A stretch of 64,000 nt of DNA. Source: Macrostomum lignano. Its lineage: Eukaryota. The translations under genes and the position numbers were made by a program. The DNA lies in contig NIVC01001853.1 of the NCBI GenBank assembly GCA_002269645.1, positions 124,001-188,000 on the forward strand, in the 5' to 3' direction. A model generated the notes under the pieces. That model searched no databases. It was not told the origin of the DNA and was given only the letters and a program-made list of their open reading frames with translations. Positions 1 through 12,964 of this stretch are shown piece after piece. The first letter of the stretch is position 1, and the number at the start of each line of letters is the position of its first letter.

Positions 1-665
1 CTCTCATCTCTTATCTCTCATCTCTTATCTCGCATCTCTTATCGTTCATCTCTCATCTCTGATCTCTAATCTCTCATCTTTAATCTCTCGTGTCTCATGT
101 CTCATCTCCATCTGCCATCTCTCATTGTTTATCTCTCATCTCTCATCTCTCATATCTCATCTCTCATCTCTTATCTCTCATCTCTCATCTCGCATCTCTC
201 ATCTCTCATCTCTCATATCTCATCTCTCATCTCTTATCTCTCATCTCTCATCTCGCATCTCTCATCTCTCATCTCTCATATCTCATCTCTCATCTCTTAT
301 CTCTCATCTCTCATCTCGCATCTCTCATCTCTCATCTCTCATATCTCATCTCTCATCTCTTATCTCTCATCTCTCATCTCGCATCTCTCATCTCTCATCT
401 CTCATATCTCATCTCTCATCTCTTATCTCTCATCTCTCATCTCGCATCTCTCATCTCTCATCTCTCATATCTCATCTCTCATCTCTTATCTCTCATCTCT
501 CATCTCTCATCTCTTATCTCGCATCTCTCATATCTCATCTCTCATCTCTTATCTCGCATCTCTTATCGTTCATCTCTCATCTCTGATCTCTAATCTCTCA
601 TCTTTAATCTCTCGTGTCTCATGTCTCATCTCCATCTGCCATCTCTCATTGTTTATCTCTCATCT
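1..665. repeat. Heptamer (ATCTCTC)n satellite with 63-bp higher-order period
   Basis: Variant CGCA recurs at 191 and 254 (63-bp period). The 1-130 block recurs at ~530-660. Confidence 0.9.
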
Positions 666-1429
666 CTCCTCTTTTTCATTTCTCGTATTTTATTTTTTCT
701 GTAAATTTTCATTCCTTTATTTTGTCTTTCAATTTTATTTCATTTATCTATTCCTTGTTTAATACATTAGTTGCTCTCTCTCTCTCTCTTCTTATATATA
801 ATCTCACATATCTCACCTCACTTATTACCTTATCATATTTTTCCTTATCTTTTCTATTATTCAAGTACAAATTGCAATTATTCACATTTTGAAATCCTCT
901 CATCTGACCCTCACCAACCAAACCATTCAATCCAACCTCAATTACTCAATGGATTTTTCTTTCCTCAGCCTCATCAAACAGTCTCACTTACCTATTAATC
1001 CGGGTCTTCCCCACTGCATCGGCTGTGTTTCTCCCACTTCAGGCCTGTCAGTCTCTGCTTCTAGAAAGCCAGAAGCAGCTCTGGCTCTGCTTCTGCGAGG
1101 GCTACACTGGCTATTAAAAGACTGGAGGCTGTCTTGGAATCTTAAGGGGGGGAGGTTTCGGGATGGAGAGAACGCCCCCAGGCATCTCCTGGCTTTAATC
1201 TTTCCCGAAATCTGTAAGGCTCAGGCATTAGTCTTCCTATAACTAACTCTCTGAGAGAAAACCTACTCAGGGCAAGTCCATGAGACGGGCAGAGCACTGA
1301 CGGTCAGAAATTTGAAAAGACGCAAAAGAGAGATGGACGGTTTAACAGGCAAAGCAGGTTGAAGCAGATAGCAGCACAACCTGATGTGGTACTTCAGGAT
1401 GCTCCCATGGGGATATGAAAATCTAAGAC

Positions 1430-2330
1430 TGGAGTGACGAGGGAGAGGGAGATAGGGGTGAGATAGAGACAGGGTGAGATAAAGACAGCTGAGATAAAGA
1501 CAGAGGTGTGAGAGGGAGACAGAGAGGTGAGAGGGAGACAGAGGTGTGAGAGGGAGACAGAGGTGTGAGAGGGAGACAAAGGTGTGAGAGGGAGACAGAG
1601 GTGAGAGGGAGACAGAGGTGTGAGAGGGAGACAGAGAGGTGAGAGGGAGACAGAGGTGAGAGGGAGACAGAGGTGAGAGGGGGACAGAGGTGAGAGGGAG
1701 ACAGAGGTGAGAGGGAGACAGAGGAGAGAGGGAGACAGAGAGGTGAGAGGGAGACAGAGTTGTGAGAGGGAGACAGAGGTGTGAGAGGGAGACAGAGGTG
1801 TGAGAGGGAGACAGAGGTGAGAGGGAGACAGAGGTGTGAGAGGGAGACAGAGAGGTGAGAGGGAGACAGAGGTGAGAGGGAGACAGAGGTGAGAGGGGGA
1901 CAGAGGTGAGAGGGAGACAGAGGTGAGAGGGAGACAGAGGTGAGAGGGAGACAGAGGTGTGAGAGGGAGACAGAGGTGAGAGGGAGACAGAGGTGTGAGA
2001 GGGATACAGAGGTGAGAGGGAGACAGAGGTGAGAGGGAGACAGAGGTGAGAGGGAGACAGAGGTGAGAGGGAGACAGAGGTGTGAGAGGGATACAGAGGT
2101 GAGAGGGAGACAGAGGGGTAAGAGGGAGACAGAGAGGTTAGAGGGAGACAGATAGGTGAGAGGGAGACAGATAGGTGAGAGGGAGACAGTGGTGAGAGGG
2201 AGGCAGATGTGAGAGGGAGACAGAGGTGTGAGAGGGAGACAGAGGTGAGAGAGAGACAGAGGTGTGAGAGGGAGACAGAGGTGAGAGGGAGACAGAGGTG
2301 AGAGGGAGACAGAGGTGAGAGGGAGACGTG
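1430..2330. repeat. Purine-rich 17-19 bp minisatellite (GAGAGGGAGACAGAGGT)
   Basis: Direct tandem units visible. Confidence 0.9.
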
Positions 2331-2879
2331 GGCACACTGAAAGATGCTGAGCCATGCCTAGCAGTCTTGATGAGGAATGAGAAGCCATACGAGCAGCGAC
2401 AAAATTATCAGTAAATCAGTCCATACACAGATTGGCACATTTATGGTTTCCCTATAAGCCGCCAGATTAAGCAAATTGTTGACCTCCTCAGATCAGGTCG
2501 CGTGTATGGCCTCGCTAAACCGGCCTATCCAAGGTGTTGAGCCCACCCAGTGAGCACAGAGCGAGGCATAGTGTGGGAAAAAATCTGCTCAATATCCAGG
2601 GTCGTCCGCCCGCACCGTGCTCAGATTTGTCTAGCGATGACAAGGGGCGAGGCTTGGACACAAAGGTTCAGGTAGCGAGTAGGGACCCGCCGCTACTTTC
2701 TCAAGTGGCACCGTTACCCTCCCGTGTTGCTCCCCTCCCTTCCCCTCAGAAAAACTAATTACTTTAATGCCTTTGACAAAGGGCTTTGAGTTTCAGTTTT
2801 GAGTACTCAGTCACGTGACATGTTTGTCTAGTTATTAAAACATTCTTCATGTTTTGCTTCATACCTAATCTTTTATATT

Positions 2880-3730
2880 GTTTAGATCTCTTCTTCTATC
2901 TTGTGTAGGTGTAGTCTCTCTTGTCTTCTGTAAGATCTAATCTCTTGTCTTCTGTAAGATCTAATCTCTCAGTTTATTGATATCTAATCTCCTAGCTTGT
3001 GTAGATCTAATCTCATGTCTTCTGTAGGATCTAATCTCTTGTCTTCTGTAGATCTAATCTCTTGTCTTCTGTAGATCGAATCTCTTGTCTTCTGTAAGAT
3101 CTAATCTCTCAGCTTATTGATATCTAATCTCCTAGCTTGTGTAGATCTGATCTCATGTCTTCTGTAGAATCTAATCTCTTGTCTTCTGTAGATATAATCT
3201 CTTGTCTTCTGTAGATCTAATCTCTTGTCTTCTGTAGATCTAATCTCTTGTCTTCTTTAGATCTAATCTCTTGTCTTCTGTAGATCTAATCTCATGTCTT
3301 CTGTAGATCTAATATCTTAGCTTCTGTATATCTAATCTCTTGTCTTCTGTAGATCTAATCTCTCAGCTTTTTTATATCTAATCTCCTTGCTTGTGTAGAT
3401 TTAATCTCATGTCTTCTGCAGATCTAATATCTTAGCTTCTGTAGATCTAATCTCTTGTCTTCTGTAGATCTAATCTCTCAGCTTATTGATATCTAATCTC
3501 CTAACTTGTGTAGATCTAATCTCATGTCTTCTGCAGATCTAATATCTTAGCTTCTGTAGATCTAATCTCCTAGCTTGTGTAGATCTAATCTCCTGTATTC
3601 TGTAGATCCAATCTCTTATCTTCTGTAGATCTAATCTCATGTCTTCTGTAGATCTAATCTCTTATCTTCTGTAGATCTAATCTCTAAGCTTCTGTAGATC
3701 TAATCTTATGTCTTCTGTAGGCCTAATCAT
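2880..3730. repeat. ~23-bp minisatellite (TAGATCTAATCTCTTGTCTTCTG)
   Basis: Direct tandem units with variants. Confidence 0.9.
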
Positions 3731-4249
3731 ACATAACCTTCTCTCCTCTACCAATCTAATCTCACCACAGCTGTCAAATCTGTTGAACAATTAAATTTCT
3801 TTACATCAAAAAATATAAATATTCGGAGATTAAGTGCGACATAAGTGAGATTATTGAAATAAATAATTGAAACCAGATTCCTACAGTCTCAGAGAACACC
3901 CCATCATCTCGCACTTAAAAACAGCCCGTGCAAAATAAAACCTCAGCCAGCAAAATCCAAACCTTTCACTCAGCCGTTTTTAGACGAGAGAGCTGGAGCT
4001 CATCTTAAATGCCTGTCTTCATCTCTCCTATATATAATATGTCTCTCTCTCCCTCTCTATCTCTCTCCCTGTTCTGTACTATTAAACTTTATAAAATATG
4101 CAAGCACAGTCCACTAGACTAACACCATGCTTAGCGACCTAGAAATGCAAGAATGATATTTTCTTGTTTTGACAGATTCAAAATTGGGTGGAGAGTCAAA
4201 AGAAGTGTGTCAGAGAGGGGTAATTATTGCTTCAGAGATATGAGTAAGA

Positions 4250-6390
4250 CTCAGATAAACTGTGTCAGACACTAACTGGATAAGAGAGTCAGATAAACTG
4301 TGTCAGAGACTAATTGGATGAGAGAGTCAGATAAACTGTGTCAGAGACTAACTGGATGAGAGAGTTAGATAAACTGTGTCAGACACTAACTGGATAAGAG
4401 AGTCAGATAAACTGTGTCAGACACTAACTGGATAAGAGAGTCAGATAAACTGTGTCAGAGACTAATTGGATGAGAGTCAGATAAACTGTGTCAGAGACTA
4501 ACTGGATGAGAGAGTTAGATAAACTGTGTCAGACACTAACTGGATAAGAGAGTCAGATAAACTGTGTCAGAGACTATTGGATGAGAGTCAGATAAACTGT
4601 GTCAGAGACTAATTGGATGAGAGTCAGATAAACTGTGTCAGAGACTAATTGGATGAGAGAGTCAGATAAACTGTGTCAGAGACTAATTGGATGAGAGAGT
4701 CAGATAAACTGTGTCAGAGACTATTGGATGAGAGAGTCAGATAAACTGTGTCAGAGACTATTGGATGAGAGTCAGATAAACTGTGTCAGAGACTAATTGG
4801 ATGAGAGTCAGATAAACTGTGTCAGAGACTAATTGGATGAGAGAGTCAGATAAACTGTGTCAGAGACTAATTGGATGAGAGAGTCAGATAAACTGTGTCA
4901 GAGACTATTGGATGAGAGAGTCAGATAAACTGTGTCAGAGACTATTGGATGAGAGAGTCAGATAAACTGTGTCAGAGACTATTGGATGAGAGAGTCAGAT
5001 AAACTGTGTCAGAGACTAACTGGATGAGAGAGTCAGATAAACTGTGTCAGAGACTATTGGATGAGAGAGTCAGATAAACTGTGTCAGAGACTAATTGGAT
5101 GAGAGAGTCAGATAAACTGTGTCAGAGACTAATTGGATGAGAGAGTCAGATAAACTGTGTCAGAGACTAACTGGATGAGAGAGTCAGATAAACTGTGTCA
5201 GAGACTATTGGATGAGAGAGTCAGATAAACTGTGTCAGAGACTATTGGATGAGAGAGTCAGATAAACTGTGTCAGAGACTATTGGATGAGAGTCAGATAA
5301 ACTGTGTCAGAGACTAATTGGATGAGAGAGTCAGATAAACTGTGTCAGAGACTAATTGGATGAGAGAGTCAGATAAACTGTGTCAGAGACTATTGGATGA
5401 GAGAGTCAGATAAACTGTGTCAGAGACTAATTGGATGAGAGAGTCAGATAAACTGTGTCAGAGACTAACTGGATGAGAGAGTCAGATAAACTGTGTCAGA
5501 GACTAACTGGATGAGAGAGTCAGATAAACTGTGTCAGACACTAACTGGATGAGAGAGTTAGATAAACTGTGTCAGAGACTAACTGGATAAGAGAGTCAGA
5601 TAAACTGTGTCAGACACTAACTGGATGAGAGAGTTAGATAAACTGTGTCAGACACTAACTGGATAAGAGAGTCAGATAAACTGTGTCAGACACTAACTGG
5701 ATGAGAGAGTTAGATCAACTGTGTCAGACACTAACTGGATAAGAGAGTCAGATAAACTATGTCAGAGACTATTGGATGAGAGTCAGATAAACTGTGTCAG
5801 AGACTAATTGGATGAGAGTCAGATAAACTGTGTCAGAGACTAATTGGATGAGAGAGTCAGATAAACTGTGTCAGAGACTAATTCGATGAGAGAGTCAGAT
5901 AAACTGTGTCAGACACTAACAGGATAAGAGAGTCAGATAAACTGTGTCAGAGACTAACTGGATGAGAGAGTCAGATAAACTGTGTCAGAGACTATTGGAT
6001 GAGAGTCAGATAAACTGTGTCAGAGACTAATTGGATGAGAGTCAGATAAACTGTGTCAGAGACTAATTGGATGAGAGAGTCAGATAAACTGTGTCAGAGA
6101 CTATTGGATGAGACTCAGATAAACTGTGTCAGAGACTATTGGATGAGAGAGTCAGATAAACTGTGTCAGAGACTATTGGATGAGAGAGTCAGATAAACTG
6201 TGTCAGAGACTATTGGATGAGAGAGTCAGATAAACTGTGTCAGAGACTATTGGATGAGAGAGTCAGATAAACTGTGTCAGAGACTATTGGATGAGAGAGT
6301 CAGATAAACTGTGTCAGAGACTATTGGATGAGAGAGTCAGATAAACTGTGTCAGAGTATTGGATGAGAGTCAGATAAACTGTGTCAGACA
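4250..6390. repeat. 35-38 bp minisatellite (CAGATAAACTGTGTCAGAGACTAATTGGATGAGAGAGT)
   Basis: Homogeneous tandem array with no unique spacers. Confidence 0.95.
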
Positions 6391-7039
6391 TATATGGAGT
6401 CAGAATCAAGGTTGCTATGAAGGAGAATAAATAAATTTCTTCCCAACAAACAATAAAACAGTGCGCTCCCTCAAAGTATGCTCACCGATGCAAACTTTCC
6501 CAACTTCCAATTCTTCCCCATATTAATAATCCCCGCAACCATTTTATCCAGCGGCATCCGAGCCATTGGCAACCGAGTCCACTAGAGAAAGCCCCCCCCC
6601 CCTGTAGACTGAGTTATCGATCCCCATCTGGAGCCAAGGGAAAACAGTGAGATGAACTCACCAGCTGAGCAGGGAAGCGGGTTGGGGAAGAAAATGAAAG
6701 GCGGTATGGAGGAACTGGAGAGGACGGTGGGGAGGGGAGGGGGCGGTCTACCAGCTAGGTTAGAAAGATAATTATGCAAATTAATTAATTGCAAACGGCC
6801 TTAAGGCTTACCCTATAGCCTCATATAGCTGGGCGATGGCTAAAAGGAATTATTATATAATGCTCTGTGCAGGGCCGGAAGCCTTAAAGTATGCAGCTCT
6901 GGTAGCGGTTGCTGTGTGTGTCTTTTGCGATTAATTGATTTTATTATCTGCAATAATCATTCTACTCCGACATGTCATCTTCAGTAGTGAAAGTGCATCT
7001 AAGAAGGACATTAGAAATGGTTTGATTCTAATAGAGACA

Positions 7040-7635
7040 GGTGAGGGGGAACTAGAGGGGTGAGAGGGAGGCAGAAAAGTGAGAGGGAGACAAAGAGGGA
7101 GACAGAAAGGTGAGATTGAGACAGAGGGTAAAGAGACTGGGTTGAGAAGTAGACAATAACCAATTGGACACGGGGGTGAGAAGTAGACACGAACCAAGAG
7201 AACACAGGGGGTGAGAAGTATACAAGAACCAAGAGGACACAGGGGTGAGGAGTAGACAATGACCAATTAGACACAGGGGTGAGGAGTAGACAATGACCAA
7301 TTAGACACAGGGGTGAGAAGTAGACAATGACCAATTAGACACAGGGGTGAGGAGTAGATAGGAACCAAGAGAACACAGGGGTGAGAAGTAGACAATAACC
7401 AATTGGACACGGGGGTGAGAAGTAGACACGAACCAAGAGAACACAGGGGGTGAGAAGTATACAAGAACCAAGAGGACACAGGGGTGAGAAGTAGACAATG
7501 AACAATTAGACACAGGGGTGAGGAGCAGATAGGAACCAAGAGAACACAGGGGTGAGAAGTAGACACGAACCAAGAGAACACAGGGGTGAGAAATAGGCAG
7601 GAACCAAGAGGACACAGGGTGAGAAGTAGGCAGGA
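7040..7635. repeat. ~34-bp minisatellite (CACAGGGGTGAGAAGTAGACAATGACCAATTAGA and variants)
   Basis: Two alternating unit variants in tandem. Confidence 0.85.
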
Positions 7636-8079
7636 ACCCACCACTCGGTCTGCAGGCCCCCCAGCCGGTCCCTGTGCTGTTGCAGCAGCTGCAGAACTTC
7701 AGTTTTAGCCAAAGAAGACTCCACAGCAATGGCTGCTGGCACAGAGGTTGCTGGCAGCCTCTTCTCGCCATTTCGCTTCCTCCGGATGGTTCCGGTCTCC
7801 TCAGAGTAGACGTACTCATCGGTGAGCTCAATCAGACCATTTTTGGATTCTTCTGAGTCGGGTTCAAATAGAAGCGATTCGGCCAGTTTCGTGGCTCTGT
7901 CCGAGACAGCCTCAGCAACAAGACAGAGGCCTCGGGATCTGACTTCCGAGTGGCGGATTTCGTTGTTACCAACTTCTGATGGAGCGGCAGCTGCCAGAAG
8001 GTGAGCTGATGTGAGAAATTCCTGCCATTGGACCGTGCCATCGAGCCACCGACTGTAGAGAGAGTTAATTGTTCGAAAC

Positions 8080-8735
8080 TGGTTGCTATGCTATTGATTA
8101 TCTGGTTGCTATGCAGTTGATTACCTAGTTGCTATGTTTTTTATTATCTGGTTGCTATGTTGTTGATTATCTAGTTGCTATGTTTTTGATTATCTGGTTG
8201 CTATGTTGTTGATTATCTGGTTGCTATGCAGTTGATTATCTGGTTGCTATGCTGTTGGTTATCTGGTTGCTATGTTGTTGATTATCTGGTTGCTATGTTG
8301 TTGATTATCTGGTTGCTATGTTGTTGATTATCTGGTTGCTATGTTGTTGATTATCTGGCTGCTATGTTTTTGATTATCTGGTTGCTATGCTGTAGGTTAT
8401 TTGGTTGCTATGCAGTTGATTATCTGGTTGCTATGCTTTTGATTATCTGTTTGCTATGTTGTTGGTTATCTGGTTGCTATGCTGTTGGTTATCTGGTTGC
8501 TATGCAGTTGGTTATCTGGTTGCTATGCAGTTGATTATCTGATTGCTATGCGGTTGGTTATCTTTTTGCTATGTAGTTGATTATCTGGTTGCTATGCTAT
8601 TGGTTATTTGGTTGCTATGCAGTTGATTATCTGGTTGCTATGCTGTTGGTTATCTGGTTGCTATGCAGTTGATTATCTGGTTGCTATGTTGTTGATTATC
8701 TGGTTGCTATGTTGTTGATTATCTGGTTGCTATGC
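8080..8735. repeat. 23-bp minisatellite (TGGTTGCTATGTTGTTGATTATC)
   Basis: ATTATCT recurs at 8281 and 8304. Confidence 0.9.
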
Positions 8736-9479
8736 CCTAGTTATTCAGCAAAAAAATCATTTTAGCAAGTTTTAACAAACTTGGAATTTTTTTTCCAGGA
8801 AAACTCACCGAATTCTTGCATTTCTCTGAGCGCACGAATGTGACATGGTTTCTTCTTAATTTCGGCTTTGAAAATGTGTACTTAGCCTTGAGGTAGCATA
8901 GCCGCCCTTATCCTGTGATCCTTTGGCGGCTCACTATAGTGCTAGCGTGTAATAACTTATAAAAAAGTAAAATTCAGTAGATTCTGGAGACTGGAGTTGC
9001 CGAGCGGTTAATTAGATGAAGTGGGAGATGTGAGAGGTTGGGGTGCGATTTTTTATGTTGCTGCTGCTGTAACCTTATTTTCTTCCTCTGTCTCTCTCTC
9101 TCAACTCGATCTGTGCTCACTAGAGCAGCCTTATTATCAAGCCGAGAAGAAGGCGGACTGCCGAGTTTCTTAACCAGAGAAGAGCTTGCAGGAGTGCGTG
9201 GGCACGCGGAGCTCGACTGGGAGCTGAGTGGATGGCAGGGGAGGAGAGCTGAGGTGGAGACTGAGGGATGGCTGAGGCTGAGGTTGCCGGGTGCTGAGTG
9301 GACACGTGCGCTACACGAGGACCTGCTAGTGCTGAGCCAGCCAATCAGTGAGTTGCGGTGCTCAGCTTCTGTGAAAGCTGAGCGAGGGATTAAAATTCCA
9401 GCTGCTAGTGTGTCGGGATTTAGTGGGATTTTAGTTTGTTGTGCAGTAGTGAGTGAATGACTGAATGATACTACATGAC

Positions 9480-10480
9480 TAATTGATTTTGTGACAACTA
9501 GGTGACTGAGTGACTGAGTGACTACTGGGTTATTGAGTGGCTGACTGAGTGAATCAATGAACGAGTGACTGATTGAAATAGTGAATGGGTGACTGACTGA
9601 GTGAATCAGTGAATGGGTGACTGACTGAGTGAATCAGTGAATCAGTGAATGGCTGACTGAGTGAATCAGTGAATGGGTGACTGACTGAGTAAATCAGTAA
9701 ATGAGTGACTGACTGAGTGAATCAGTAAATGAGTGACTGACTGAGTGATTCAGTGAATGGGTGACTGACTGAGTAAAACAGTAAATGAGTGACTGACTGA
9801 GTAAATCAGTAAATGAGTGACTGACTGAGTGATTCAGTGAATGGGTGACTGATTGAATGAATCAGTGAATGAGTGACTGACTGAGTGAATCACTAAGTGA
9901 GTGACTGACTGAGTGATTCAGTGAATGGGTGACTGATTGAATGAATCAGTCAATGAGTGACTGTCTGAGTGAATCAGTAAATGAGTGACTGACTGAGTGA
10001 ATCAGTAAATGAGTGACTGACTGAGTGAATCAGTAAATGAGTGACTGACTGAGTGATTCAGTGAATGGGTGACTGATTGAATAAATCAGTGAATGGGTGA
10101 CTGACTGAGTGAATAAGTGAATGGGTGACTGACTGAGTGAATCAGTGAATCAGTGAATGGCTGACTGAGTGAATCAGTGAATGGGTGACTGACTGAGTGA
10201 ATCAGTGAATATGGCTGACTGAGTGAATCAGTGAATGGGTGACTGACTGAGTGAATCAGTAAATTAGTGACTGAGTGAATCAGTGAATAAATGAATCAGT
10301 GAATCAGTAAATTAGTGACTGAGTGAGTGAATCAATTAATGAGTGACTGACTTAGTGAATCCGTGAATAAATGACTGAGTGAATCAGTAAATTAGTGACT
10401 GAGTGAATCAGTGAATTAGTGACTGAGTGAATCAGTGAATGACTAACTGAGTGACTAACTGAGTGACTGACTGAGTGACT
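9480..10480. repeat. GTGA/CTGA-based minisatellite (GTGACTGACTGAGTGAATCA)
   Basis: Tandem units of ~24-28 bp. Confidence 0.9.
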
Positions 10481-11109
10481 GAGGAACGAAATGATCAGCT
10501 GATCAACTGAGCGACTGCACCGACTGAGTGTCGGATTAAAAAGTTTCCCCCGAACAACCCCAGCCGAAATTTTCAGTCCCCAGATCAGGGAGAAAATCCC
10601 AGAATCCGCAAACTGTTTGCCCAGCCGGTCAGGCCAAGCCGCTACTCTAGCAACTAATCCAAAACCTATCGCATAACTGAAATTTGCTCAAGTCTCTGCC
10701 TCCTGTCTGTGCACTTTTGCTGGGCTGGCGGGCATGCAGCGAAGCATGCAGATGATGCAGAAGAGTCGCAGTTGCTATGCCAGGTTATGGGGGATCCTAG
10801 TTGCCTTATACAATTTGGCCAGGGTTGCTTGAGGAGGCGATTGTGAAGCCTCCACTCGAGTTGGAGCACAAAGAAAGTTCGTGGGTGAGTGGCGGGGCCG
10901 GTTGGACAGCTCGAGCATTGATTTATTACACAAATAATAAAACCTCCTTTGCATCACGAGCTAACGAATGTAGATTGCGCCTGTGGCTATGAGTTTAGTG
11001 TAGAATATTATTCTTATATCCGATTAAACTTCTCTTTATTTCTATTTAGTTGTACCGTATATTGATCAGCCAGAATTGCGAAACCGCTTTATCTGATCAA
11101 TTTTTATCT

Positions 11110-11620
11110 TTATCTCTCACATTTTCTCTCTCAGCCTCTCCCTTAGTTTCACTCTCTCGCTCTCAGCCTCTCTCTCCATCTCTCTCTCTCCCTCTCAGCC
11201 TCTCTCTCCATCTCTCTCTCTCCCTCTCAGCCTCTCTCTCCATCTCACTCGCTCCCTCTCAGAGTCTCTCTCTATTGATCTCACTTTCTCCCTCCCAGCC
11301 TCTCTATCTATCTCACTCTCTCCTCCTCAGCCTCTTCCTCCATCTCACTCTCTCTCCTCAGCCTCTTCCTCCATCTCACTCTCTCCTTCTCAGCCTCTCT
11401 CTATCTCACTCTCTCCCTCTCAGCCTCTCTCTCCATCTCACTCTCTCCCTCTCAGCCTCTCTCTCTCTCCATCTCACTCTCTCCCTCTCAGCCTCTCTCT
11501 CCATCTCACTCTCTCCTCCTCAGCCTCTCCCTTAGTTTCACTCTCTCCCTCTCAGCCTCTCTCTCCATCTCACTCTCTCCCTCTCAGCCTCTCTCTCCAT
11601 CTCACTCTCTCCTTCTCAGC

Positions 11621-11654
<34 letters not shown>

Positions 11655-12127
11655 GTCAGCCTCTCCCTCCATCTCTCTCTCCCTGACAGCCTCTCCCTCC
11701 ATCTCTCTCTCTCCCTGTCAGCCTCTCCCTCCATCTCACTCTCTCCCTCTCAGCCTCTCTCCATCTCACTCTCTCCCTCTCAGCCTTTCTCTCCATCTCA
11801 CTCTCTCCCTCTCAGCCTTTCTCTCCATCTCACTCTCTCCCTCTCAGCCTCTCTCTATCTCACTCTCTCCCTCTCAGCCTCTCTCCATCTCACTCTCTCC
11901 CTCTCAGCCTCTCTCTCCATCTCACTCTCTCCTCCTCAGCCTCTCTCCATCTCACACTCTCCCTCTCAGCCTCTCTCTATCTCACTCTCTCCCTCTCAGC
12001 CTCTCTCCATCTCACTCTCTCCCTCTCAGCCTCTCTCTCCATCTCACTCTCTCCTCCTCAGCCTCTCTCCATCTCACACTCTCCCTCTCAGAGTCTCTCT
12101 CTATTGATCTCACTTTCTCCCTCCCAG

Positions 12128-12167
<40 letters not shown>

Positions 12168-12185
12168 CATCTCACTCTCTCCCTC
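11110..12185. repeat. CT-rich ~30-bp minisatellite (CTCTCAGCCTCTCTCCATCTCACTCTCTCC), left part
   Basis: The same family resumes at 12965 after the retroelement remnant. Confidence 0.9.
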
Positions 12186-12940
12186 TTAGGACCCAGAGCT
12201 GACGAGCGGCGTCAGTGCCAGGAGGCTAAGTTCATCGAGGTCCTGAGGACTCGTGTTCCACACGGCGCCAACAAACTTGCCGGCATACTGCACAACTCGG
12301 CCATCCCGCTGATCCTGCCCCACTGTGCGACCTCCGACGCCCTGGCTGCCAAGGTGAAGGACAGGGTGATACGCCACTGCGAGACCCCGGTGCTGCCCGC
12401 CTACACCAAGGGGAGAAGCCTCCGGACCCTGCTCTGTCATAGTCGGCTCGATCCTGCCAACTAGGCCCCTTTTGACGCCTGTACAAAGCCTCTTTTACTG
12501 CTATTTTTCCCTCGGTGATTTTTCTGCATTGGCTTTATTTTGATTATTTTGATTATTTTTTTCTGACACTGTGTACAGTGCACCTGCATTTTTTGCTCTG
12601 AGCATTCGATAATTTTTATTTACCTTGTCTATTTAGTTTGGCTTTTATTTTTACAATTGTTATCCTACACTCAAAGGTCGTTAGGCCCACTTGTTCAGTT
12701 TTAGCCACCCCCCGCTTTTCTCAGAGTCTCAGACTCGTTTTAATGTACTGACCATGCGTACTGTTTTAAGTGCTTGAGCACACCTATTTATCGATCGTCT
12801 CTCCCTGGCGATATCGCCTTTATATATTGACGGCAATTCGCGCCAAATAAATTTTACACGCTTCCAGCCCTGACGAAGAATATACAATATTCGAAATATC
12901 GGCAATCCAACTAAATTGACTTTGTTCAGTCCTTTCTACC
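12186..12940 (+). mobile_element. 5'-truncated Penelope-like retroelement (PLE) remnant: GIY-YIG C-terminal end, C-terminal tail and 3' region
   Basis: Frame 12186-12464 (no ATG, so absent from the track) reads GPRADERRQCQEAKFIEVLRTRVPHGANK...IPLILPH...ETPVLPAYTKGRSLRTLLCHSRL*. RxxxExxxIxxLxTxxPxGxN matches the GIY-YIG C-terminus. PLxLP...AYxxxxxLxxxL resembles PLE ORF linker/tail segments. A hammerhead motif follows. Confidence 0.7.
12867..12903 (+). ncRNA. Minimal type I hammerhead ribozyme (PLE-associated type)
   Basis: GCC-CTGACGA-A-GAATAT-ACA-ATATTC-GAAA-TATC/GGC. Core CUGANGA and GAAA present. Stem II is 6 bp (GAATAT/ATATTC). Stem III is the palindrome ATAT. Predicted cleavage is after AUC (12900). 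Stem I is GCC/GGC. Confidence 0.75.
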
Positions 12941-12964
12941 GTGTCAGGGCCTGAGATTGGAGGT

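Noticed and set aside
4250-6390. CRISPR-like arrays (also 28470-29566, 33471-34806, 52560-53245, 56760-57530)
   Set aside because: Head-to-tail units with no unique spacers, no cas genes and a eukaryotic context.
6487-10990. Scattered exon-like GC-richer islands (~6487-6583, 7836-8000, 9120-9420, 10670-10930; also 23170-23250, 25230-25760, 28140-28400)
   Set aside because: Some have plausible splice sites, but strand and frame could not be chained consistently, so no gene call is made.
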